A stretch of DNA of 63,664 bases, the filler included, from Choristocarpus tenellus KU-1152 (lineage: Eukaryota > Protista > Phaeophyceae): assembly GCA_964200185.2 (NCBI GenBank). It is 14 parts of 14 records of this genome, joined end to end, with 100 filler letters (N's around TTAATTAATTAA, not from the genome) between each part and the next. Parts side by side here need not be neighbours in the genome. Positions count along the whole stretch, not along the records: positions 12,150 to 15,858 come from CAXNAD020018386.1; positions 15,959 to 23,673 come from CAXNAD020005698.1; positions 23,774 to 30,543 come from CAXNAD020007388.1; 11 more parts are not named here. One strand, given 5' to 3'. The notes beneath the pieces are model-generated. The model made no database searches and was not told where the DNA came from. It was given only the letters and a program-made list of their open reading frames with translations. Position 1 is the first letter of the stretch. Each line of letters begins with the position of its first letter. The translations under genes and the position numbers were made by a program. Shown here piece by piece: positions 12,150-24,360 of the stretch.

Positions 12150-15136
12150 CTTGGTAGGAATCTTTTTGCCGTTCCCAACAACTTTGTCGCACATCGAAAC
12201 AATACCCGCCACGGGTTCCCAGCTTACGTCTTTAACCCGCTTCGGTTTCCCAGTTCTCCTGGATCTATCACCAGCGTGTATATAGCCTTCGACAAAAGTA
12301 CGTTTCCCGTGCTTTTCAAGGGTCAGAAACGAGGCGTTGTCACGTGTGTGGTCACTGGTCGGCCGAAGCCAGTGAAGATCCATCCCACACTCCCCGTCGT
12401 CACCGACGCGCTCCGCTAGGATCTTGTCGACCAAGAGCGGCGCCTCCATTGCCACAATAAAGGAAAACCTGCCTTCCTTCACGGTGACAAGGTTTCCATC
12501 GTTCGCCGATGTCAAGGTAGCACGAGGCCAACCCCATCGACGGAAGCCAGCTTCTTCTGTGTCACTGTCCGATGAGGAAGAGTCTGTTTCCTCGAGCCCG
12601 CCGAGATCATTGTCACCGCTGACAAGATTACCTCCTCCACCCGAACGTTCGCCATCGTCGGTGTCTTCGATGTCGCTGGTACCAGTTCCAGCGCCATGGT
12701 CATCGGTGGGAAGTCGATGGACTGGGAGGTCGAACTCTGGTTCCCCTGTCTTTTTGAGAAGCCACACAGACTCGCTTTGCTCGTTTTTCGCTCTCTGAAC
12801 GGCTTCGTCATCTGCGAAGGTGGATGGTATGAGCACAAGAACATCAACGGTATGGAAACATGAATGTGACTTTGTAACCAGTCGTAAGGTTGCACGAAGG
12901 TGCTCGTGGAGCATGTAGTGAGAGGGAGGGGGTAGATTTCGTCGGATTCGTCGCTGTTGAGTACAAGACCGGTACCCTCAAAACAATTATCGGAGGTAAT
13001 CTATAGTACTTGTTTATTGTGACACGTGACAATCACTACGCATGAGAATGGAATATTTTTCTAGGTTGTTTTTGTAAAGGCTGTAAAGGCTGCCTCGTAC
13101 AGAAGTTGCACCAGATTTTCTTAGCTGCCACCGAATACAAAAATTGGTCATCAACTCCCCTCTCGAAATGTTCGACATACCCAGTGGGTACGCAGCAAAG
13201 AGGTGCTCGTGCGATGCCTGGTACCACTGCTCCACCTTCAGGATGACGTCTTCAGGCACGCTCTTGAGCTGGTAGGGGGGTGCATCTTGGAGACGAGGCG
13301 AGTGGCCGATGAAGAGGTCGTGCGGAGGGGTGTTGGGGTCCATAGCAACGTTGGCTCCTATCCCATTCCATGCGGTGGTGTGCATGTATTGCTTTACGCT
13401 AACCTTAACCCGCCCATCACCGCCTTTTTCAACGTGAAAAGCCCTGTAGCTCGTGATGTTGGGAACACGGTTTGATGCGACCGCAAAGTAGTCCCTTGAA
13501 GTTGCCCTCGTTTTGTAGGGTCTTGCAGTAGACTGGAACCTCCGTGTAAGAGGCCTGCAGCTCTTCACCCAGCTGTGTTCTTGTGAAGATGTTCTTCCCT
13601 TTGATACCATGTGAGAACCTGAAGGTGAAATGCAAGCAAGGTAATTTTGAGGCGGGTGCGAAAGAAACGTGGGCGAGACGCACGTGCGCTTGTGAACTTT
13701 CAACCCCATAGAAGACGCAATGTTAGAAGAATAGGCGGCGATCCACGTGGGGAAGGAGAAAGGAATGGTTGGGTTGTCTCCAGGGGGCGTATGTGGTCGA
13801 ATTGGTACAGCAGGCGGCGGATGAAGGTGCAGGAGGCTTCATGACGATGTGGAATTTTGTGGTCAGATTATGCTAGGCGTAGCTACGGGGAGGATGAAGA
13901 GCTTAGCCAAAAGCCGTCATGGTCGTTTCCTCGCGAGAAGGATTAACGAAGACAGAGAGCCGTTGCCCTTGCGCTCTTGTCTGGTGTAGATGGGTATTAC
14001 TCTTAATATTACATGCCAACATACTTGGTGGCCGCTATTCGGTGAGTAGATCGCAAGTAGGTCGTCTCAAGGTCGTCTCAAGATGAAACTTTCTTACCTG
14101 CCAATGCACATGCTGGATGATGCAACCCCCCACGTGATCGAGGCTGTTTTGGTACTTGTCGATAAGCCTTGTGAGGGCAAGGTGGGTGGCTGTGCAGACA
14201 AGGTTACAACCTGCACGAACGATGATGTCTGTCATTAGTTGGCAAATAGTACTCCACTTACTTATGTATTATTTACTTGGAGCTAAAAAGAGGGGTAATG
14301 CAATGTGTTTTTGCGATGTATAGCACATACACCCGACTGGCTGATATAGATGTCTGTCAGTTTCCTTCCTCCTTGATTAGCTCTTACGCCCCTCTCGCCC
14401 TTCCAAAGCTGGGGCGTACGAAGGAAGGGGAGCACAGCCCATCATCAGATAATCGACTGTTCACCAGGCCTACAGTATCTGCAGGCAAATCGTGCAAGGA
14501 TGTACTCGTCCTCGGGTATCTAACCTGCGGCGTTTCCCCTCATCATCACGGTCGATCAAGTGGTGTGTGCGCAACCAGCATCTATTCGGTTGTGTGATTG
14601 TTGTGCCACAACCCACAATACGTACCTCCTCCAAGATTTTGAGGAGTGAAGAACACCTCCGCGAACTGGCCTTCGACGTGTGCGGCCACGATCTTCTAGC
14701 GCTCGGAGTAGCCCCTGATAAGGACATGAACCAAAGAAAGGAGTAAAGAAAGGTGTTGCGGGGCGTCATCATCATGATGAACGCAATAGGTAGTGGAATT
14801 ATGTGCGTCTGTTTTGGCCGTTATTTCTTGGGACTTTGCACTCACTTGTTCAATAAAACAGGCTGGTCTATTCTCTTCTGCATGCGGCTGCAAACTTGTT
14901 GACAAATGGACTATGCGTGCTTGTGGTTACCTGTCGCCGCCCAGTGGTCTCTTTGCAAGTTTTCCTGCGATAGTGACTGCCTGGTGGGTCGGTGGGTAAA
15001 GTGCTGGGAGGGCGTGGGATGTCTGGTTCGCCGCGTCTACAGATATGAACACGAAGCCGAGAGGTTTACCGTCGGCTTTGGCATGCATGTCACTGCTGGT
15101 GTTATTGGCGATCACCAGCCGATTCGCTTGGATAAT
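12150..15136 (-). pseudogene. Sola-like (DUF7869-type) DDD transposase, intron-containing, copy 1 (lacks the DN/GHTH exon)
   Basis: Colinear with and similar to 35820-38837. Exons read FVFISVDAANQTSHALP, GYSERxKIVAAHVEGQFAEVFF, GCNLVCTATHLALTRL...HWQ and FSHGIKGKNIFTRTQL, followed by a long C-terminal exon. It carries a frameshift and an in-frame stop. Confidence 0.65.
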
Positions 15137-15719
15137 CTGGCGAATGGGGGAGAGCAACATCACGTATAAAAATCAAATAAATCTGCTTAGAGGTGTAAAA
15201 AAGTGGTCACTTGTTAACACGTACCAGGTACGTGACAAAAATCGAGTGTAGATTACAATCAATTTGAAATTGTATATTGTTCGACATTCATATTTTTGAA
15301 AATACAATTATCATCGGAAAGAGAACTTTGAGTTTCAAGCGATCCGTCGGACCAGCCTGAAATCCATGATCCGGAAAATACGTGCATTATGGTTTTTTGA
15401 AATTAAAAATTCGATTATATTCGTAATTTCAATAAATAAAAATACCAAGCACATACAGTAGGTACCCCAATTTTGGGCCAAATATTATGAACCAAATCGA
15501 AAAATATGCAATTTTGTACTTATTTTTTCGACATGCTCAAAAGAATAGGCTTTTGTACCGGAATTCTCATATTCGGGCGATTTGGCACAAAATCCCAGAG
15601 ATATTCACTCGAGTTTGGCGCGCGCGTAAAAATTTCTCGCGAAAAGTGCCTTTCTTCCTGAGAGTCATGCTACCATATACAGCAGTACAGTATGTTGCTG
15701 GTAGGAAAATAAAGTGGAA

Positions 15720-15858
15720 GCCATGCCTTGTGCCGCGGAAACCTCTGCAAGATGCCTTCAAACACACTGGGTCTGCCTTTCTACACAATCCACAAGTGCT
15801 GTAAGTGCGGTGGGTACCTCCATGGTATATGTGGTGGAAAGGATCCCGAACTTGACGA
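15720..15858 (+). CDS. Fragment of a Cys/His zinc-finger (PHD-like) protein, cut by the contig end
   Basis: CRGNLC...HKCCKCGGYLHGICG gives C..C, CxxC, H-x2-C spacing. Confidence 0.4.
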
Positions 15859-15958
15859 NNNNNNNNNNNNNNNNNNNNNNNNNNNNNNNNNNNNNNNNNN
15901 NNTTAATTAATTAANNNNNNNNNNNNNNNNNNNNNNNNNNNNNNNNNNNNNNNNNNNN

Positions 15959-16348
15959 TCTCGATATCAATATTTGACAAAATGTAATATCATCGGTGCA
16001 AGGCCAGTACATCCCCCCCCCAGATACTTAGAGTCTTACAACGTCTAGGCTAGGATGGAAACAAGGGGAAACATGTCATTTTTTTCCCAACTGTAATTGT
16101 GTGTGAGGTGGTTCAATTCTACACACCCATCCAGGTGACAAGCGTATGAAGCCACCATGGCTTTGCTAGTCTAAGCATGAATGATTCAGTCAAGCAGATC
16201 ATAGAAAGTCATGATCGTATAACAGACGGTTTATGTTAAGACTCTCTGTAACCGAAGTTCAACTGACTGTGTTGGGGGTACATTGTGGTATCTCGATATC
16301 AATATTTGACAAAATGTAATATCATCGGTGCAAGGCCAGTACATCCCC
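15959..16348. repeat. ~58-bp direct repeat (15959-16016 and 16291-16348)
   Basis: TCTCGATATCAATATTTGACAAAATGTAATATCATCGGTGCAAGGCCAGTACATCCCC occurs twice, 332 bp apart. The first copy runs into a MITE-B-like end (CCCCAGATACTTAGAGTC). Confidence 0.9.
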
Positions 16349-19300
16349 ACCTACATCAATACGCTAAGAAATCCCTGTATAGTTACTTGGATAAATTGGA
16401 AGGATTATGCCCATGTTTTTATTGGGAGGTGATGTACAATACTCAGAAGAACAAATACAATACAATATTCTGTAGGTACGAACATAGGTGTGATTTCTAT
16501 TTATCAGATACATATACATTGGTGCAAGATCATTGCCATACTTGATGCTTCCAAGTACTGCACATCCTTTAACTTAGTCCTAACCTTATTTGTTCCAAAC
16601 TCGAACGTTTAGATCATATCCTCTAAATGTCACAGAACCACTATCCTCAGGCCATCCCCGACCCTTGTCCCCAGCAGGACAATATGTTTTCCAAGTGCAT
16701 GGCCCTAACAGTACAAGCAACAATGTTGATAAACCTGCCACACCAACCTCTCTTAAGTTCCAAATGCCTACAGTATGGCATCCTGACCATCGAATTGCGA
16801 TAGTAGCCCACTATGGTCGTTGCTAGTGACACGCAGGAGTATACAGGATTGTCACTCAACAGACAAAAACAAAGATGCAATGGGTTTATCAGACAGAACA
16901 TCTTTACCACTCAACAACTACCTCACTGATATTATGCCCCGCCCCCCCTTCTTCTCTGTCTCACCACACCCCAAACGTTCCTGTTGTATATCAAGTCATC
17001 CTTGATCACTACGTCCGTCTCTCTCGAGAGACCCAAACGGCAAAAACGTTTAATAGATATACAAATGGTTCTGAAATAACCATTGGTGAATGGGGAGTGC
17101 TTGCCGTTTGTAAGATCCTTGGCTAGTTCACTGCAACAACAACAGTGTGCAATATTTTGTACTGCTCCATACTCTCTTGGAAAATAACCCCTGCGTTCCC
17201 CTCCTGCCAAAAGGTAACATGCCCCGAATGAAAGGAATAGGTCTGACAATACACTGATATGTATCGGTAAAGCCTTTGCAACAACGATATTACCATTCAC
17301 AACACTGCTTGCGATTTTTCAATTAAACACTTTCCAGGGTTCCTAATCCAACAGCATCATTCTCAAACCAAGTGATTATAATACCCGAAATTCGTATAAT
17401 ACATTGTTGTAGAAAGTTCCACCTATCATGTAGCTTTAGGGTGTTATCCAACAAGTTCAAATACCAACATCAACATTCCTGTGCATAAGCTCTAGTCTGC
17501 ATATTTACGTATAGATTGTATGTGCATGTTCAATACCTCTGACAGTCCCGTAGCTCAGCAGGGACATGCAAGGACATTGTAGTCACAGTTGTTGAGTTTT
17601 GAAGCTGCAACAAAACTCTCAAGTGCATCCATTGGAATATTCTACACGACCCATTTTCCGCAAGGAATCCACCTCTGACACTTGATTCTGTTGGAAGAAG
17701 TTCCTCATATAGTAAGAACCCAAAACATGTCACTCGGTAGGCTTTCGGTTAGCAACCCACCTTACGTATAGACTTGTTCTGAATGATGTTGAAAAGAAAA
17801 ATCACATGGTTTCAAAATCATGTATGCATACATGCACATTGTAAAAGACAACCCAGATAGAGTGGTGCTTTCATGGTCACATTATTTTGTCTTTCTCGCC
17901 TCATAGTACACATGCCATTCCAAAATACAAAACATTTGTGTCAAAAATAGTCCTAGAGGTTGAGGGCTAGGATGTCGAAGAGGAAATGAAAAATACTACA
18001 AATGTATATTGGACAAACACACATACAAATAGGTATGACTGCTACACTATAGAAAATACATCATACTTCAAAGTAAGAAATATATTGCTTGTTATAACTA
18101 TGTCTATCTTGATCTTCAATTTTCTTATCTGCAACTACTATATGTTGCACACTGTTATAGGTTGCCAACTATCATGTATACACACTAGTTGTATACATTC
18201 AACCTCTATTCACCTATCAAGAAACTGAACATATATCTAGGGCGAGGGAAATTACTCCAAAACGACATATGAGGAGAGACATGAAAAACGTGCTCCGTTT
18301 GTATCCAAAAGAAAGTAATCAACCAAGAAGTACTGTATGAACAATATTCTGACAAAAAAACACAATTAATTGTTTTGACTGTTACATAACTTTGACACTA
18401 CCTTCAACAAGAGCAATCAAAACCATGTAATGATGAAACCATCGAAAAAATAAACTGATCTATGGCGTTTCTAGGGGAGATATTTCCAAATGTGTCATGA
18501 ATGGCACCATTGACAACAAGCGCTTTCTTCATATCCATATTATTTCTATGCATAGATATACAAAGCGTATGTCGATGATCTATTCGTCAGGCAGCCCTTT
18601 GTTACATGCTCTCCTAATAGTGGTGGTGTCTTTATTTTATATTTGTGTTTGACATTGACTACGTAGAGCCAGTCCTTGCGTTTAATACCGCAAAATGAAC
18701 CTTTCCTTGGGATTTTGCAAAATACTATATATCCACAAACATATATATATACATAATATATATATTCCTAGTAAATATTGCACAATCAATACACAATATT
18801 GAAGGAGTGACAAAAGAATGTATAATTGGAAGTATATATGAAAAAATAAACGAAAATAAATAGATTTTGTCCAATCATCCAGTGACAACAAGCTCTGTCT
18901 ACACTTGTAAACACATTCATCATTGCCACTAGTGAGCCAAAACAATGAACAGGATGGTAGGTCAGGATCCTTTTGCACTTCAAGCCATTTTCCCTACCCT
19001 TGAAGCATACTCTATTTCATTACTTGATGTGCACAATTGTGTCCCCAAGACTTACAATCCCTCATTTCCACATACAAAATGACACCACAATTTAGCAAAG
19101 CCTCTCTCTCTCTAAAGGTACAAAATGGCACCGTTTTGCCCATTCTCGGGATCTTCAAGACGCAACCTTGCCTAATTCTAATTTCGCTGACAAAGATTAA
19201 TCTCATTCACTGTACCGATCAAGAAACACATAGTGTACATCACATCATGCGATTGATCAAGTATATGCAGGCCATTCTTGGTTTGATCCTATTCCTTCTT

Positions 19301-22300
19301 CGATATTTCTATAGACAACGTCTCGATGCTTGTTATGCACCCACCGTGCACCACCCTTGCCACAGTCAAGCTTGGACACTCCTACCACCTTACTACAAAA
19401 ATCGCCTTTGAATCAATACCCTCCAACTATCAACCATAACACCAAATACCACCCATCAATACCTACCTCCTCCAGAAGCTGGAATTTGAGCTGTGTACCT
19501 ACAGACCTGTCAATCCCTCCTCAAACCTGTATGCACCACCCATGCAGTGCTGCCCGTACTCCATACAGTACCCATCGAATTGCTCAAAATGCCTTGGCAC
19601 TGCAGTTCAATTGCCCACTGAACAGCAGCATGGGGGGAGGTTAACGGTGGAGGAGGAGATGCAAGGGAGAACGCTACTGCTGCAGGAAATATCACTGGGT
19701 TAAGTGAAAGGATACAAACAACAATGATGAGAGAACGATAGACAAGAGATGAAATATCATAAGGAAAATAAACGTGTTCAAATGTGGAAGACTCATCTTG
19801 ACAGCAATAACTACCTCTTCCCCCGTTGCTCCTAGTATCAAAATAGATTCATATTGAGCAAGGCATCGCAGACCCCATAAAATCACAAAAACACCTTCTA
19901 GCAATTGTAATTCCTTGGTACAACAGCACCTACTTAAGCTGCTACTACCAAAATGCATCCTCCACAAACCTCTGCTCCATAACATTGGAATCACAATTCT
20001 CATGCCTATCATAATGAAACTAACAAACATGGGTTTATTTCCAAAGAATTTTGGTGTGTGTATCTGAACACATGCCAATGAAGGACAATAGAAGCAAGTG
20101 TAGCACTGCATCAGTGCTTCTTGTGTATATGCACTATCATTGGTATTGTATATGTAGGGGTAAGGTCAATACAGACCTAGTAATAGTTCTCGTTTGAAAC
20201 TTTGCTATTGTGGCACATTCCAGTGCTAATAGGCTTACTCAAAACACAACGCACTGCAGACATAGTGTGGACACACACCTTTCTTGTAATGTATGCACAA
20301 TTTCAAATTAAAATGTACTCAATGGCCTCCAGGGGTGTCCAAGACACTCGCCATCCACACCGAGACGAGAGCAAAAGATACGCCCACTTCCACTCCCATT
20401 CTCTTTAACAAAAATGCAAAATTTGGTGAGATGCTAGCAGTCATCTTACAGTAGAAAAAATGTGTGTGTAGCAAAGAAAAGGAGTGAAGATGGGAAGGAG
20501 GTCTTGCCCTTTCTGAGTCTAACCATGCTTAGAATATCACAAAAGGTTGGCCTTGGGTATTTGGCTTGTGTGTGCAAACGCTGTTGAATTATCACAAATC
20601 TTTGCCCATTGTTCATACAGAAACATACTGCAGCACCATCCTCCGGTTTCAAGGCCTTCTCAGCCCAAATATCTAAGGCCTTAGAGCCAACAATAACCTA
20701 GTGGTCTCACTATTGAGGCCAGGAGAGAGAGTAGAGTTGACTGTGGATGAAAAAACTAGGAGAAAAATACATCAGATACAGAACAGAAAGGAGACCAAAT
20801 GCAGTCCATGAGACTCCCTACAGGCCAATGAATGGTATGCGTGTGTTTGAAAGCTTAAGAGTAGCATGTACGTATATACACATCACGTTCCTATCAAGGA
20901 CCTCCATCCCGTCTTTTTCTTCTAGGTTGGGCGGGACAGCCTTTCGATCACTACAATTCTTCTTGTACAGATCAGAGGATTTACAATTTGATGCCAAAAG
21001 GAATCACCACAACCAAGAGGAGGTAGGGGATTAGTCATGAATAGGCATAATTTGTTCGTAGCCCAAAGGAACTTCAGAAGCAATTTTCTGCATAGGAGGG
21101 TGAAACGAATATATATACACCTACTGCTCACATATCATACATAATTCTTGAAAGGTTATGCAGATATCACTTTGCACAGCACATACATGAACGATTATCA
21201 GTGGTACTAGAGTAGTTGATTTGGGCTCCAGCCTCTAATGCAAATAGTGTATTTGGTGAATAAGAGAGTGCATTTGCTTGACATAAGTATCATCCTTACT
21301 CTCTGAACCAACAGAACCTAAAACTAAGGTTTACCCTACTTGCACATCAGGTGAAGCAATGATTTATGTGAATGTTGGACGTCTGGAGTGTTGTTTCTCA
21401 TCTACTGTACTAAACCTCTACATTGTGCTTCTAACGGCAGAAGATAACTAATCAAGTGGAACAACCCTGTTTCATCAATACCATACGAGGATGAAGACCG
21501 CACAACATCTTCAGCAATGCAGTGTGCCTTCACCCAATCGAAAATATCTAACCACAACGTCAACTTCTTTCCCTAAACATTCAATCCTGTGTGCCCAACT
21601 CATTACTTCGCAATACTGGCACTGCATGGAGGCACATTCCTCAGTTTATACAGAACTCAACATATGTTAAAACATAGGCTACTCATCCTTTTTTCCTGGA
21701 TACGCTACAGTTCCACCCGTCAACACTGACTGTTGATTGGTCTGTTACGCACTGGTCGTTTCTGTTACTAGTTCATCATCACCTCATCAATTACGGCCAG
21801 AACACCGCAGTACAGCAGACGCTTTGCGTTCCATACGCAGGAATAGTATATATCATTTGAGTTTCATCACACATTGGTTCAAGTTTGTTCTCTTGTTCTC
21901 TTGTGTTTTTTTTCACATTTCTTCTTATCAGCAGAAGATGACAGTTGTACGTTGATTGTTGATTATTATTTTTTTCTTGACTCCCATTGATCCCTCACAA
22001 TGCATCAAGTTTACACTGCAATATGTGTACCTGACGCACACCTGGGTGTAATATATTCAGAGTAAAACCATCTACGGAAGCCCTTGCCAGCCAAGGCAAC
22101 AAGCACCGAGAATGGACTTCTTTCGTCGAGTATCTCATAAAAGAACACTGAATTCACATCACATCATTCTTGACTGAGAGATCAATGACCTCAGAGGCAA
22201 CAGAATAAATACATCGGTGCTTTGCAGCACAATCATATCTACTCACAACACAAACTACGCATTTTACACATCGGTGCTTTACAACACCATGATTCCTCTT

Positions 22301-22714
22301 CACTCGTAGTCTACGAATTTTTCTTGCATGTAGGATGCATTCGATTCAGGTTCCAAAAGGTTATGAGCCTCAACACTTGATCGACATATACTACACCCAA
22401 TCTGCCCGATCTCTTCTTGTATTTCCACCAACTACACGTTAGATAAACCCACTGCACCGCCATGGAACGCAAGATATCACCACCTATATCCCCCGGTGAT
22501 GACTCCCCCTAAAACGCGTTAGTGAATGTCGTGCCCATTAGGGGCTTTTGCTCAAACCCTGTCAAATCGAAACTACAACCTTGAGCCCACCTTCTTGGGT
22601 GATGATACATACCTGTACAGGATATTGTGGTAGGGCTCCTTGCAATACAAATTCGACTTGTTCCCTCACACATCTATTCAAAATGTGAGAGGACATGGTA
22701 TAATATGTTTGGGA

Positions 22715-23080
22715 AGGGGATGGGGCTGTGGAGGTGATGTAAGAAGGGCAATGACTATACACGGGACAGGCAGGGGTGAGGAACTAGTATAAGTGGAGTG
22801 TATAGCCCTTCTTCGAGAATAGACGCACAGGATTCGATTTCACAAAATGGAGAAGGACAGACAGATACCAGAACGGGCTCATACGAAGGTAAGGGTGTGG
22901 AGGTGATCGAGGATGGGAATGGTGGCCCATGAGACAGGTATGGGCGAGGGAGGAATATAAGCAGAGCGCACCACTCTTCTTCGGGAATAGGCGGACAGGT
23001 TTCGTTTTTGCAGAATGGTGAAGGTCGGACGGAAAATCGAATGGGGATACAGGGGGGATGGGGCTGGAGAGGTGGTAGAG
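22715..23080. repeat. Degenerate ~168-bp tandem repeat (about 2 units)
   Basis: Recurring motifs GTGGAGGTGAT, CTTCTTCG(A/G)GAATAG(A/G)CG(C/G)ACAGG and AATGG(A/T)GAAGG(A/T)C at ~168-bp spacing. Confidence 0.7.
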
Positions 23081-23473
23081 GATTACGATGATGGTGGCAG
23101 GGAGAGGGGGTCACCCCTCCACGACAATGACGAGAAGGATATACAGGAGAGACGGTGGTAAGAGGTATTACAGGGTTTTGACGACCAGCCTCCTACACTG
23201 GTGACCCCAACCCGCGACCACCTCAACAACCATGTCAGCTCACACCGGAACACTGCGCGGTCTGTTTTTCCCAGATACAACGGCCAGTACTCCTTTTCTC
23301 CTGCATACATTAACTTGATCTGGACTATGCCTCGGCTCTATACCTCTGCACCCAGCCCCTGCATCCCATCCCGTGCCCCACCTGCCGCACCCCTGCCAGC
23401 CCAGAACACTACTACCCTTCCATGGAGAGGAGTGTGGGAACTGAAGCCTGGCTGGAATCCATCCGCTCACAAT

Positions 23474-23646
23474 GGCCCAAAGTAATTGGGGGGGGTGGCG
23501 GCTGCTCCATTTGGGGTCGATTTCTTCATATCGCGATTTTTGGATGATCTGGTTGCATACTTCGGATAGATAGTGTAAATGCACTTTTCCTGATTTTGGG
23601 ACACATGAACACCATGGACCCCCCCCCCGCGCGTATACTTTGAGTA
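23474..23646 (+). mobile_element. MITE family B (~175-190 bp, G-run/C-run subterminal)
   Basis: GGCCCAAAGTA...G-run...TCCATTTGGGGTC...C-run...TACTTTGAG. Homologous to 45697-45884, 32832-33020 (reverse) and 60105-60199. Confidence 0.7.
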
Positions 23647-23924
23647 AATCGTCCTCCACCCCTTTTGCCATCCNNNNNNNNNNNNNNNNNNNNNNNNNNN
23701 NNNNNNNNNNNNNNNNNTTAATTAATTAANNNNNNNNNNNNNNNNNNNNNNNNNNNNNNNNNNNNNNNNNNNNGGATCTTTTCTCCAGAAACAGCACTTC
23801 AATTTCGAGAGTTGTTGTCCTCATACATGGCTGGAGGTCCTGCTTAGTGTGATCATCGATGTGTGGATGGCACGATATTGGCAATAGGTAGGGTGTATAA
23901 TTTGTACTTATCGTCGTTCTTTGG

Positions 23925-24360
23925 TCTGGTATTTCTTTTTCAAAGGTTTTGTTACCCTGTCCAGTTTAAATATTGATGTTTTCATAATGCAACTCTGGTA
24001 ATAGGTAGGGAGGCATCCGTCTTGTTTCTCATACTTTGGTCTTCTTTCAGGGTCGCTAACCTGTCCAGTTCAAATATTAATGTTTTTTTAGCGGAACTCT
24101 GGCAATGGGAAGGTAGGCCACCTTTATATTTCTTGGGTTCTGGTATTTCTTTTCCAAGGGTTGTTAACCTGACCAGTTCAAATGCTGATGTTTTCATAGT
24201 ATAACTCTGGCAGTGGGTAGGGAAGCATCCTTCTTGTTCTCATGCACTGGTCTTATTTCTAGAGTTGTTGCACTGTCCAGTTCAAATGTTGATGTTTTCA
24301 TGTTAAAACTCTCAATGGGTAGGGAGGCCACCTTTGTATTTCTTGTGTTTGGGGTGGTGT
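23925..24360. repeat. Degenerate ~106-bp tandem repeat, 4 units, with ABAB higher-order structure
   Basis: Core CTG(T/A)CCAGTT(T/C)AAAT..T(G/A)ATGTTTT at ~23957, 24061, 24169 and 24273. Confidence 0.85.

Noticed and set aside
20926-21022. Isolated candidate exon with a good acceptor and donor (similar candidates at ~26755-26802, ~54920-55045, ~62244-62444)
   Set aside because: No recognisable protein and no convincing in-frame partner exon, so it cannot be supported without transcripts.
23925-24360. CRISPR-like array
   Set aside because: The intervening sequences are homologous to each other, the repeats are degenerate, the context is eukaryotic, and there are no cas genes.
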